Part shown: piece after piece, positions 1-12,787 of the stretch | Layout: each line of letters starts with the position of its first letter | Numbering within the stretch: position 1 is the stretch's first letter | Origin: Podarcis filfolensis | Taxonomy: Eukaryota | Strand: one strand, 5' to 3' | NCBI GenBank assembly: GCA_964270895.1 | Contig: OZ185440.1 | DNA: 64,000 bases | Notes under the pieces: model-generated | What the model was told of the DNA's origin: nothing | The model's database searches: none | Seen by the model: only the letters and a program-made list of their open reading frames with translations | Program-made: the position numbers and the translations under genes

Positions 1-85
1 CAAATAAAGGGTTTCAGAAATTAAAATATTCAAGCCATTCCACTCATGGAAACTATTCTTCAAACAAAGAAAAGCTTTTCGTTAC

Positions 86-212
86 CAATTGTTGGAGTAG
101 TAGCTGCACTCAAGGAATTGGTGGACGATATGGAAGAGGTGCTTTCAGCACGTGCTAAAGGTGCTATCGGAGGAGGGCTGGAAGAGTGAACCGGAGGGCT
201 AAAAGGTCTGGA
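86..212 (-). CDS. SGIP1: SGIP1 exon ([42 protein letters not shown])
   Basis: gtctacag|TCCAGACC...ACAATTG|gtaacg; 127 nt, phase 0 to 1. Confidence 0.96.
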
Positions 213-1367
213 CTGTAGACAAACACAAACAAGATTAAAGATACACACAGTGCATTTCTGAACATGAACTCAAGCAAGAATACTCACAACTGCACACGCT
301 ATCTTCTAAGGCCCCTGGAACACCCAGAATTAATCCATTCACACTGAGTGGATTTACAGATCCATTGATTTCTCAGCTGCTATCTATTTTTTACTAGCCC
401 AATTGTGTAGCCAAAAGTTTTACTGAGTTCTCTAATGCACGTGATCTATATTTGTAGTGCAGATGAGAAACATGCTGCAGAATGTAACGTTTGGGGAATG
501 CATCTGAAACTGCAAAAACTATGGTGCACAAGAAACAGTTCACAGGTGCAAAATTAAACAATGGTCCACAATAAAATCACTGGGTTGTTTCACTAATGGA
601 ATACACAATGATGGATTACTTTTCATACAGAGTTGTTCCAAACACTACATTCTTTCTTATATAGCAAGGATGGCTACATAGGAACAGATATGAAAAGAGC
701 ATGTGGATGGTCATGGATGGTAATGGTAAATGAGTTTCTTTCACTTTGTGAATGTGTAATTGGAATCCATAGTTGGCTGTGACTTCCCAAGATTTTGTTT
801 ATACATAGTGGAAAGTATATGCACATCTGTCACATGACAGGAACAAATATGTACACTTTTTCTGACAAAGAAGTGCTTTTCATGTCAGAATAGTAAAAAT
901 TAAAGCATCCCTTTGGTGTGCTTATGTATGTACAAGTCCAAGTGTTTCAGAAAATGTGAAAAGATACATGTCATCACTAGTGTCAGACAATTTCAATTTA
1001 ACTGGGGCATAGCAGCTTTCTTGACCTTTCTTGACATTTTAGAGATGTTCTTGCTAAAGCAAATGCATATTCCTACACAGGTGTAATAATTCTGACTTGT
1101 TTGTGGCATGACCAACAAAACCAACAAAACTAGCCTGCAATTTCAAATGTGGACTTTCCATAACAATCTGCCTATTTACCGTCATCAACAGAGATTATTC
1201 CATTCTCTTGGTTTCAAATAATGGAGGAAATCAGACACTAGTTAGGGACATGGCAGAAGTCATTTGTTTATTAAGAATTCTTTGTTCATCTCTATTTGTC
1301 TGTACCACGGTGAGCTGAAGTTATGTTGTCTCAATTTAATTAGTAATTTTGAAGAAGCTAAACCTAC

Positions 1368-1492
1368 CACATCAACTCCAGGCTTCCCTGGAGGCAATTT
1401 TGGACGAGATGGGGGTCTAGGTGGAGGAGGCGGGGGAGTAGGGCTGCTGCAGGATGCCAACGGGGTTGCAGGTCGAGCAGGAGATGATGAAC
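1368..1492 (-). CDS. SGIP1: SGIP1 exon ([41 protein letters not shown])
   Basis: ttatttcag|GTTCATCA...GATGTG|gtaggt; 125 nt, phase 1 to 0. Confidence 0.96.
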
Positions 1493-4400
1493 CTGAAATA
1501 AACGCACACTATAAATGTGGTGTTGAGCTGTCCTTACTGCAGTTCTTACCCACCTTTATCAAAAAACCCAACACATAGCAGACCATCAAGCAAACAGTTG
1601 CCCAAACAGCTTTTGACTTAGGCTGGCAGCTGTTGCATAACAAGACAATTCATATGTGTAGATGGGAATTGGATAAGATCAGAAAGTTGTGAAGTCACAA
1701 TAAAACAGAAAAGCTTATTTTCCTGCTATTATGCCAATGGAAGTTTCACATGCTCTTGGCAATGACGATATTGTGACTACAGTTAACACACTGCTCCTAC
1801 ATAAACTTCTTTAACTTACATGAGGAAGCAGCACTTGGTGAAGTGAACCCACTTTAGATGAAAAAGTGATGTCTAAAAATACCAAAATATTGAAGTTTTT
1901 GGGGGGTATTCCTGAAACTTACCCATTCCTTATTATGCTCTTGCAATAAAAGCATAATGTGTTCTTGTTATGCAAACGTAAGTGGTGCTGCAACAGAACG
2001 CAATGATGTAACAATGGAATACCCATTTATTCTTAGGGAACAATGGTGTACAAAGAGACAAGCCTTGCACAATTATTTTCATGTGATTGTAACTGTAAGA
2101 TGCTAGCAAATAAGAGAATAGCTAAGAACACTAGAATGGTGAAAAGACTGATGTTACAACGACTTGGAATAAAATGCAGATATTTAAGAAATTGAAAAAT
2201 AATCTCTCTTCCAAAGTGTATAATGGTTTTTTCATATCATCATTGATGACTACTGAACAAAAAAGGAGGTTAAACTACAAAAGGGAAGGTTATTTAAATG
2301 GCAGTTTAATAGTTATTGATACGTATCAAAACACAGTTCAGCAATTCCATAGCAACTTATATAATTTACTATGCCAAAATAGGATAAATGTTTTCTAAAC
2401 TTAAGAGTAGGAGATAACAATAGAAAATGACTGAATAAGAGCCCAGGTTACCTTCAGTGGCATCTAAGCTACAACAGCGCTGCTCCTTTGCACCTGCTTG
2501 GAAACATCAAAAGTCTGCTGTCACAGGAGGAATTCCTGCTGTGTCTTCTTCCCATTCTAGCATTATTCTTCCTGGAAGTTGGAATAATAGTAGCATGGGA
2601 AGGACTCACAGCACGGGCTCCTTGTACATACTGTGCACATATGACAGATGTTACTGAGTGACACAGGAAGGAGCTATGCTGCAGTGGCTCTCATGCTGCT
2701 AAAGGTAGCAAACCCCCTCCCCATTAACACCCCTTCTTTATTGGGCCATTCTGGTGTGTGACATTTTGTACATGTCCCTCCTTCCTCCCAAGGTTAAAAT
2801 GGCAGGTATTTGTGAACTGTAAAAGGCAAAGCCATATTCCAAATAGAAAAAGGAAGGGGAATATATTCCACATTCAACAGACCGCCAATTCCTAAGTCAG
2901 TCAGTCCTTTAAAAGTGAAACAAGATATTTAACATCCAAGTTGTGTATGGGTTGGTTTTATCATATCAGCATTACAGTGTTGATCGTAAGCACTGACTGC
3001 ATTACATGCTTCATGCAGTCAATGGAACACGCACACAAAACACACAGCTATCAGAAGATGATTGATGGAGCTTTAAAAATATAAGGCTAGATGATTATGT
3101 AATGATGCTGCATTTGCTAAGCATGCCCTAAACGCTTCCTTGCTTAAGGTAAATTCTTGGAAAAGCCTTGGCCATTTAAAATATTTTGTATTTATTGGTG
3201 CATGTAAAACTCCAGTGCCAAGTACCAAGTTCTGTGCACTCAAACCACTATTTCCCCTCCTCATTAAAACAACATAAAACCCCAATTATGCTAAACATGC
3301 ACTACACAAATATTAATCCCAGATTACTGAAAAACAAATTATGGCAGCATGTGTGATCCAGTGTCATAGAGCTACCAGATTTGTGTCCTATGAAACTTCA
3401 GTGAAACAGATGGAAGTTTTGTAAGAACCCATCTGTCACCTCGGTGATCAACTAAAAGAGGACCTCTTACTACAGGAACAACATTAGAGTTTTACATCTA
3501 GATGTTAAAAAATGAAACCTTTACAACACCTTGTAAAGCAGATATATATATATATGAAGATATATATATTCACAGATAGAAATCACTATAGTTAAAACAA
3601 ATATGGTTTCATTGTATTGTTGCAATTGCAGCTACGCTAAAAGTAATCTTCCATTTCAGCATCAGACCTAGGTAGGTTTCAATGTTTTCTACATCGATGG
3701 CATTTCATAGCAAGAATAAATTCAATTAAAATTCATTTAGTTTGCTAATCTTGAATCTCTTAGCTTGATTAGACTAAAGTCTAATCAAGTTGTAGTTTTG
3801 GTGATAATTAAAACCTTTCTTATGAGTTATTAATCAAATCTGATCAGCTTCCTGTTTGAGCTCTACTAAAGAGTTAAGAAAACAAGTTGCATGAATCTTC
3901 ATACTTGCCCAGTATTGGGACTCATTATTCTGAGCGGGCCTTGCATCTGCCTAAAATATGCAGAATATTAAAGACAGCTGTCCACACTTGGAAATAATCT
4001 TCCATATACAGACCAGCTCTAGTGAGAGCGCACACAGAGAAAGCTCTCCCACTTTCAGCAACTTGTTTGAGTACCTATCTTAAGAAGAATGCACTCACTG
4101 AAACTCCTCCAAACCAGAACTACATCATGTAGGTTTTTAAGTTAGGTAGGGATTGAGTCCTGGGAAAGAAATGGTACATGTATGCATGCATGCCTAGATC
4201 ATTCTAGGTATCCTTTTCTCCTTAACTGGATTTATGAAAAGTTCTCTGCCTAAGGGCTACCAAATGACCTCTCTTGCCCCCAGTGGCTCTCAGAGAGCTG
4301 CATGCACAGTAGACAATGCAAAGACTCTCTTTCACACTTGCATATCTTGCAACCCAAGGTTGTCATGAAACAATTACTGCTGCATTTTTCCCTGCTAATT

Positions 4401-4876
4401 CATCACCCACACTCACATTTAAAGCTGAGTTACTTATTATGCAATCCTATTCATATCTCCCCAGTAGTAAATCATCTCAAGTACAATGGCATTTACTTTG
4501 AGGTAAGTTCATATAGGACTGCAGCCCTAAGGTGTGTGGGAGGATGTGCAGCATGTTTGCTAGATAGTCACAGACAGGGGATTCCATGATGTCATATCTA
4601 CTAAACCTTTGTGGTAGGAAGGGGAAAAATAGAACCCTTAACCTCTACTTCTTCCTGTCACTATGAAATCTGTTTTCCTACCTGCAATGGGGGAAAACAT
4701 AACACCCATTACAAACTATAGTTCCCAGGATTCTTTGGAGGAATCCATGTGCCTTGAATCTGCATTAATTGTATTGTGTGGATACGACCTTTACAAAACA
4801 TTGAATTTGCTGTTGAGATGCTTTAATATTTCTTTGATGGAAAATTCCAGATTAACTTTATGGTTTTTAATCTGTA

Positions 4877-5065
4877 GCGAAGAACAGGAGAAGAGCCTGG
4901 TGGATCAGGCCAATGGCCCACCTAGTCCAGTCCTAAACCCAGGACCTGAGCGCATCAGCACTCTTTTGACTTGTGTTCCTAAACTAGTTTTCAGATGCAT
5001 CCTACCTCCAACAGTGGAGGCCGAATATAGATATCATGGCCAGTAGCTGTAGATAGCTCCATGAA
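4877..5065 (-). mobile_element. CR1 LINE 3' fragment
   Basis: aagagcctggtggatcaggccaatggcccacctagtccag is the reverse complement of the squamate CR1 3' end as I recall it. Confidence 0.65.
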
Positions 5066-5693
5066 TTGGCAGAATAAATGTTTGCTAGGCAAGCACAAGA
5101 TCTTTCCTAGTTGTGGTACAGTATTTCCATCATATTGTTCATCGAGTGCACCCAGCTCTAAATTGGAAGGGTAAGAAGAAAGCCTATTAAAAGCTTCACT
5201 GGTTTTCTGAGGAAGGTCAAGAAGATTCTGAAGTTCCTTAGCAAAAGGAGTATCTTTGATCATCACTTCCTCTTGGAGAAAAACGAGGAGCTGCCCTTTC
5301 CTTGAGGGGCAGAAGCTAAGCATGGTTGTACAATGGGAGAAGACAGAGTTTTAACTAGTTGCTTTGTAGCTCAGGAAGTTTTATAAATTCACCTTAAACT
5401 CTTAAGGTAATAGCTTTTCCAACTATGTCTGGTATTAAAGACATAACGCTCTCCTGTAAACACCAGACATTCAGCAATGGCAGGGAAAGAACACACAGTA
5501 TCAAGGGTTCAAGGTTAAATTGGACCACGAGAGCACAGAATAAAAAGAAAATAAAGAAGCCACGGGGCACAGTACAATCAAACAATGACTGATGCTTAAA
5601 AGCCAACCAACTAAGAGTAGCTAAAAAGGTTTTGTGTTCACACGGCAGCATTCATGGCCACATTGAAGCACACTCAAAGCTGTTTAGACATAC

Positions 5694-6149
5694 CACTGGT
5701 GCTTCCTGTGCCACCGCCAGAGCTGGGTCCGGGTGATGACACCACTGTTCTGTAGGTAGGCGGTGGAGGGGGAGGTGGCGTTGCTCTCTGTCCCACCCCA
5801 AAATCTTTAGGAGATGCTGCTGGTGCTAAGTTATCATCTTTAACGTGGGTCTGCTCAGAAACTTTCTTCTGAACCTCTTCTAAATTGAGTGGAGATGGAA
5901 CACTGCGAGAGGTTTCAGCCTCTGGAGGCTCATCTGGGGTTTCTGATGCCACAGGTGGGGACACCACCTTCTCCCGTGAAGTCACCTCTGGAGTTACGTT
6001 TTCCGGGGACTGATCAGAAAAACTGATCCACTTATCCTCCGCGTCAGCAGCAACAGACTTGGGGGATAATACTGGGCCAAAAATGGTATCCAAGTCATTG
6101 ATTGATGGTAGTTTGTCACTTTTGACCTCTGTTGCTGTCTGGTCATTTC
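5694..6149 (-). CDS. SGIP1: SGIP1 large proline-rich exon (NDQTATEVK...GSTS)
   Basis: ttgaccacag|GAAATGAC...ACCAGTG|gtatgt; 456 nt, phase 1-1; corresponds to ORF 5674-6159. Confidence 0.96.
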
Positions 6150-8277
6150 CTGTGGTCAAAGTAGTTGATTTTAAACTTTAACATCAACTTGTACAGCAGC
6201 TAAGTCGTACTAATGTTCTACGTAAGTATGGGGCTTTTAAAATCAGCTACATTCTAGCACAGACATTTTCATAACGCATTTTAAGGTGCTACTAGGAACA
6301 TAATTCATGTGCACAAATATCTACATAATAGGATGTGATATATAAATACACAAACACACACACACAAATATTAAAGTGCGTTCCATGTTGACCTGCATGT
6401 AAATATGCTGTCTACTACGTATCTCGTTCATACCAATATACCCAAATGGAGCTATTGCTATCTAGGAAAACTGCTTGCTAGGGAAAAGACAACAGAGTGC
6501 CTTTATTAGTAACAAAATGGTAAAGTACATAATTTGAAATTCAAGCATGATGACGTGCATGTAGATAAGTATTTTTGTGCTGTGCAGTATACACTGTGGG
6601 ATTATTTTAGCATGACCAATGAGAATATAGATGATCAAAGGGCTCTATTCTTGAGTTGAACAATTATTATTATCTGTAAATTCTGGGCAAATGGAGCGCC
6701 TTCTTAATGGAAAGGAAACCAATTTGGCATTTTCCCCTCTCCTCCATGGCTGGAAGGCAATTTGTAGACAAAAAAAAAAACTATATGAAGGGTATATAAA
6801 GAGTGTATTATAAGCTCTGTTGCATTTTGGAGCATCTGAAAATTACCACTCTTGTTCTAAAAGCACTAGGTATGATCTCAAAACTTCCACTTCTCTTCTA
6901 TGCTTAAAGTACGCATCCTGTCTTGTGATTAGGTGCTCACTGGATCCTATTAAAAAAAAGTTAAGTGAACTGAAGTCCCACTGAAGTCAGCAGGCATTTC
7001 AGAATGCTTTTTCCCCCGGGATTGCATCCAATGTTACATTTTTGCCATTCTAACCCCATACTATGCACACATAATGAGAATGCTTGTGTGAACATAGAGA
7101 TGCATTTTCCCCATAGAATATCCATTCTCTCCATTGTCCTAGAACCACTGAATGAGCAGGTTGTCATGTCTATGCATATGATTGTCCAGTCATCTCTTTG
7201 GTCCACAAATGCTGCATGCTGCTTTGATTCTGCAAAACTGTATGTTGAACCTTTTTCTGTAAATTCAATCTAAAAGGAGTATGGGAAAATTACATTTCAT
7301 GTCATATTGTCATGTAGAAAACTTTATTTTACCAATTAAGGTAAGGTTTGCTGGTAGGGAAAAAAAATCCTATTTTCTTTTTGGCTCTGTTCGTGATTCA
7401 CATAAAATGCACAGTAAGTTAACCTGGGGAATAAATGATCACACATGGATGTGCATTTCATTTGCGTTATATTCACCCAGCATAGATACGGGGTTGGAAG
7501 TTGGAAATTGAGAAGAACACAATTTGTAATTCAAAAGTTATAGACAGTTGAAGAGAAATACCCTTAAAACATCAAGTCTGCAAGTATTGTTGTACAAGGT
7601 AACATTTATGTTGCATAGTATGCTAATCTTTTTAGAAGCCATCTTTGTGTTTTCTCATTTAAGCAAAGCAATTCATGCTCAAATTTACAAGTCGGTTCAC
7701 ACAGCTAATGATGTTCACTTGCAACATGAATTATATGCTGGTAAGCTCCTTATTTCTTGTCTCTGAGTCCCACAATCACTTGGATCCTGAGGATCCTTTC
7801 CAGAGTTCACATTCAGAGAACAGGGTTTTCCACCTCTCACTTCCCTCTGCAGTCTCCTGTGTCCCAAAAATATAATCCTGGAGAATGGAGGAGGTATGAG
7901 AACCTTGTGGGCTGCTGATGGAGGGGGAGGTGAGATAAACCATTCCTGCCCTTGCACGACTTGGAACCTAAGTTGTTTATCTGTTCGTGCAAAGGTAGGA
8001 GTGGATTTATCTCACTTTGCACAAACAGAAAAACAACTTAGGACCCAAGTCGTGAAGAAACATGGCTTCAAGAAACATTCCTGTATCATTTTAACTACAT
8101 TAACTCATAGTTCTGTATGAAGACCATACTGCCAAGATATAACCTTTATTATTCTGAATTACATCTAGGTCTAAGTGTGCTGAGATTCATGACGGGCTCA
8201 CTAAAGTTCCTCCGACTTTTCTTCTTACCCAAACCAGGTATAACACAAATTATTAGTTTGCTGACAGAGTTATTGTC

Positions 8278-8501
8278 AAATTGTTCATACAAAATGTTAC
8301 TACTATAGCTATACTTCAGTGGGAAACACGTTCAATATCTGAATACAATACAGACATCAGAAATCATTTTAAAATCTCAAGGGGTTTAGAAATTGTTCAT
8401 ACAAAATGTTACTACTATAGCTATACTTCAGTGGGAAACATGTTCAATATCTGAATACAATACAGACATCAGAAATCATTTTAAAATCTCAAGGGGTTTA
8501 G
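8278..8501. repeat. 112-bp tandem duplication (2 copies, 1 mismatch)
   Basis: 8278-8389 vs 8390-8501; differ only at aaacaCgttc vs aaacaTgttc. Confidence 0.95.
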
Positions 8502-8776
8502 AAAAAAAGATTATGCACTACTTAGGCTTGTACTTCTTTTTTTGCTGATGAAAGAAAATCTGCCATGGTATCTGAAGGCAGATGAAAATATTAAATGCCT
8601 AGATATCATATATGCATAAAATGCATCTAATTAGATGGTCGTTATTAAGAAATGATTACAAGGTTTCATATTCTGTTCACATTACAAATTATAATTTGCA
8701 CTGAATAGAAACACAGTTACTTTGCAGTAAAGAAGATCTTACACATCTAAAAGTCATTTATGCTAAACATACTTAC

Positions 8777-8851
8777 CTACTCCAACTGTTAAAGGAGAAC
8801 CAGTGCGGGGAGGTGTAGCTGGAATATTCTTAGGTGGAAGAGGTGGAGGTG
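8777..8851 (-). CDS. SGIP1: SGIP1 exon ([25 protein letters not shown])
   Basis: ggttcacag|CACCTCCA...GGAGTAG|gtaagt; 75 nt, phase 1-1. Confidence 0.95.
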
Positions 8852-9883
8852 CTGTGAACCAAATGGAAGAATTTTAAGTTAACAATGGACAACATTCGTC
8901 AAATAACTAAACATAAACTCACAGTCGTATCTAGAGATTCAACCAAAGGATGGCTGAGATCCAAAGTCTGTTCCACAAGTGGAAGCCACTTCTGCTTGGG
9001 CAAGTCCCCTAATTTTTGCCAATTCCCACCTCTAGCTGCAGTCACCACATTTCATTCCATGCTGTCCAGGAGGGTCCCTGAACCCTCAGAAGCAGCCCTC
9101 TGGTCTGACTGCAATGGAAGGACAAAGACCTGTTGTGTGAGTGGAATTCTGTTTGCGTTTCTGTGTATCTGCTACAGTCACAGGGTTGGGAAGCACAACT
9201 GTGTTGGGGAGGTAAAGTCAAGTAAACTTCACACGACTGTGTGTAAGGGTGCATGTGTACTTCCCCACCCCCAGCTTCTACCTATTGCTGCAGGTGGCTC
9301 TTGAGAGCAAAAAGGGTTTCTCATCCCTATAGAAGAAGATAGGTAAAAAAAATAAATCCCTCTTCTCCCCCCATCACCATTATGATATGGCAGCACATGC
9401 CGCAGAGTCTAAGCACCAGGAATCACCTGCCTTTTGTTGTGGTCGATATTTTATGAGATGACAACTTTTTTGTTTCCATTCTCCAGTGTGAACTATATGT
9501 TTTAATATAAATGTTGTGAAGTTTTATTCTGCTTTTCCACATCCACGAATCCAATTTTTGGTTCTTATTAGGAGCTTGTGTATTTATGGCATGCTGCACT
9601 GGTTGCTAGGTGACTTGTCTTTCGGATAGGAAGGAGTCAGGTTTAGCTTTGCAAATTGAGATCACAGAGGCTTTTCTCCCCAGGGACTCCAAATCGTCTC
9701 TTTGCCTTTTCTGAAAGCTGCGTTTCCAATGCATAATTCAACTAATATCTCTTTGCTTCCATGACAGTATAATGAGCAATAACCCTCAACATTGCCACTT
9801 CCATCTCACGTTTCAGTGTTTTGTAGAGAAAAACAAAATGAAAAACCCCAACAATTTTTCAAATAGGAGATGCCTCAACTTAC

Positions 9884-9976
9884 TTCCAGATGGAAAAGGT
9901 TGTGATGAATTCGGTGATTCTACACTTGGACTTGCTGGCTGCACAGAACCCCAGACCTCAGAGTGATCTATGGGAG
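9884..9976 (-). CDS. SGIP1: SGIP1 exon (PIDHSEVWGSVQPASPSVESPNSSQPFPSG)
   Basis: gtgacttcag|CTCCCATAG...TCTGGAA|gtaagt; 93 nt, phase 1-1; aligns to recalled [29 protein letters not shown]. Confidence 0.9.
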
Positions 9977-10554
9977 CTGAAGTCACAGACATATAAAATG
10001 ATGCATACAAATCTAGAAGTAACATGAGAACTTAATTCCAAACTGAACTGTAGGAGCTACTTGATAGATTATGGCAGGAGGAAAATGAGAAGGGAATATA
10101 ACAAGAATATGAATTTTTTGGAAATAAATTGTTAATAACCATTTTTCAAAACCCACAAATGAATTTCAGTGCTGGGAAATGCATATACCACCAAATTCAT
10201 GAATACCATTCTGAGTGTCTTTCTGCCCCGGATGTGCACGCACGCACGCACGCGCACGCACGCACACACACACAGATTGATACAGAGATCAATGGCCTCC
10301 TGGTGCCTCTAGCCAATGAGGAAGTTAACTGCTTTTCTGGTATCAAGATTTCTGCCAATAAAAGTAACATGGTTGGAGCTGTCATATGCAAAACACAAAA
10401 GCTTTACAGTGACACCTAAATTACCACAACCATTCCCCTAATTCAGTGCTGAGCTAGAATCAACATGACCATAGATTTTCATGCAGGTCTGTCCATTCAG
10501 AATAATGAGTGAGGAAAGGAAGTATTCAGCCACATTCTCACCTTGGATGGCTTG

Positions 10555-10925
10555 TAAAAGGTAAAGGTAAAGGTACCCCTGCCCGTACGGGCCAGTCGTG
10601 TCCGACTCTGGGGTTGTGCGCTCATCTCGCTTAAGAGGCCGTGAGCCGGCGCCGTCCGAAGACACTTCCGAGTCACGTGGCTAGCGTGACGAAGCTGCTC
10701 TGGCGAGCCAGCACCAGCGCCGCACACGGAAACGCCGTTTACCTTCCCGCTAGAAAGCGGTACCTATTTATCTACTTGCACTTAAGGGTGCTTTTGAACT
10801 GCTAGGTGGGCAGGAGCTGGGACCGAACGGTGGGAGCTCACCCCGCCATGGGGATTCGAACCGCCGACCTTACGATCAGCAAGTCCTAGGCCCTGAGGTT
10901 TTACCCACAGTGCCACCCGCGTCCA
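10555..10925 (-). mobile_element. Full-length Sauria SINE (Squam1) with 8-bp TSD
   Basis: tRNA-like head (GGACGCGGGTGGCACTGTGG...GGTTCGAATCCCC) at right; (ACCTTT)n tail at left; ATGGCTTG at 10547-10554 and 10926-10933; CpGs intact. Confidence 0.92.
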
Positions 10926-11389
10926 ATGGCTTGATCTCATGTTTTTTCTGGGTCACATATAATAGGAATCAGCAACCCAGCTTGCTCTTGACTAAGACCA
11001 GGATTGGGAAAGGCTAGGAAGCACTGGTGGAAAGTGGACTGCAAGGGGTGTTAGCTGAACCCTACACTTGGGCCACAGGGCAGAAAAGCAAACAATGGAC
11101 AAATATTAGTTGCTTCTTGTCTGGGAATTAACATCATGTGGTTGCCTAGAAATTGCTAAACACTTTTTTCTCCTTTTTAACTTGTGGCAGATTTCACCAA
11201 GTGCACACATACATACTCACAGACTCATTTGCGTTCACAAACAGTTTATATTTATGTGATTCACTGAGTTTGTAGCCCACACCTCTTCAGAGAACCCGGG
11301 CATATGAAATAAAGATGTAAAACAAATTAAACAAAATGTCATGTCAGACATAGAAAGGTACATTGATAAAGTTAACTGGCAACACCTAC

Positions 11390-11475
11390 CTTCTAACTTC
11401 TCTTCTTCAAATGCAGACTCCAGAGGTGGACCAAATAGTGGCGCTAGTACTGCAGGATCTTCCGGGGCTTTTTTG
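11390..11475 (-). CDS. SGIP1: SGIP1 exon (KKAPEDPAVLAPLFGPPLESAFEEEKLE)
   Basis: gttgtgctgcag|CAAAAAAG...TTAGAAG|gtaggt; 86 nt, phase 2 to 1. Confidence 0.95.
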
Positions 11476-11889
11476 CTGCAGCACAACACAGATGCTGAAT
11501 GATAATTACGCGCAAGGATCTTTTATTCAGCAGAGGTGACAGGCAGAGTTGATTTTTTTTTTTTTTTTACAGTAGGGGTGGGGAACCATTTTCAGTTCAA
11601 GGCAGCGTTTCCTCAAAGGAAAGCAATTGAGGGCTGCATTGCAGCGGTGGGCAGGGCCAGAGGCAAAAAGTGGGTGGAGCAATTATGTGACTTATCTTTG
11701 TTCAGTAGGCTACATTCCATACAGAAGGATAAGGGTCTGCCTTTTCCTATAATGAGGTGTGCACAGGCTTGACAGATAGGACTTGGTAAGCCAGAACAAG
11801 AGCACGTACATCATTTGGGTACAAGGATTCCACACCATCCATGACTTGAATGAGGTTTTTTAAAAATATAATTTAACATTTATACTAAC

Positions 11890-11941
11890 CTTAGGAGCTC
11901 TGGAGTAGGTGTTGAACGCCTGGGCCTTGCTATCTCTTCAC
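11890..11941 (-). CDS. SGIP1: SGIP1 exon (EEIARPRRSTPTPELL)
   Basis: atgtgccag|GTGAAGAG...CTCCTAAG|gttagt; 52 nt, phase 1 to 2. Confidence 0.95.
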
Positions 11942-12762
11942 CTGGCACATAAGACACCATTTTAAGGTAATTTTCTCATAGTGTCTTCTAGAAAACTTGT
12001 TCACATAACTATGTGATAATTTCAGCGCCACCATAGCGTTCCTTCCGCAAGTCCATTTCTTACTAGTTTTAGTACTTATATAGTACTAGGTCCAGGCTTA
12101 ACTATGTGGTCCCTTTCCAGAATAATTTGAACCAGTTTTCATAATTCATGTCAACGTGACCCTGCATGCCCTTCCAGCTTCAAATTGCTCCCCTCACGTT
12201 ACTCATGGTGGGTGTCTCTTAATAGAATATAACTTGCTAAAAATATTATTCATTTGCTACCTTAAAAACATATAATGCATTTGTTGTGAGATAATAAACT
12301 GACTCCATGACTTGCCATTAACCTATTTTCATGTGGCCCAATTTTATGGAAAAGCTTTAGAAAATCCCATTTCAGCCATACCCTTCATCGTTCCAGATTA
12401 CGAACATCTTGTAATTTTAGGCCCTGTTGAACTGGTTTGTGCATTCAGCCAATTGCAAATACTCCATATGCCTTTTCATTTAAAATGCGTCATCTCATTT
12501 TGAGACTGTCAGAGTCTGTTAATTTTACATTATAGATTCATGCATAATTTAATACTAGTGCATGGAATAATGTCCTCATAGCATTTTGAGGACTATCCCA
12601 TTAACAATATATAGACTTTAGTCTCTTAAAAATTAGTTGTTGCAATGATTCCAGAGTTTGAAAATTAAGATGTAAAATTATGTAATCTTGATGATTCTAA
12701 ATATATCCAACTTCCTGAGATATATTGTGTCCCAACAAAATTCAGTAAATAGATATACTTAC

Positions 12763-12787
12763 TAGATAAATTCCTTTTAATTGAACC
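12763..12787 (-). CDS. SGIP1: SGIP1 25-nt exon (GSIKRNLS-S)
   Basis: tttttgctttaattgtag|GGTTCAATTAAAAGGAATTTATCTA|gtaagt; phase 0 to 1. Confidence 0.93.

Noticed and set aside
1264-1578. Gly-rich plus-strand ORF
   Set aside because: Antisense shadow of the proline-rich SGIP1 exon.
4991-5271. Good phase-1 acceptor (ctcgtttttctccaag) opening a 93-codon frame
   Set aside because: No convincing phase-compatible donor, and the frame runs into a CR1 fragment; likely chance.
10860-10925. tRNA-like sequences here and near 31800 and 46300
   Set aside because: They are SINE heads, not tRNA genes; each continues into SINE body and tail.
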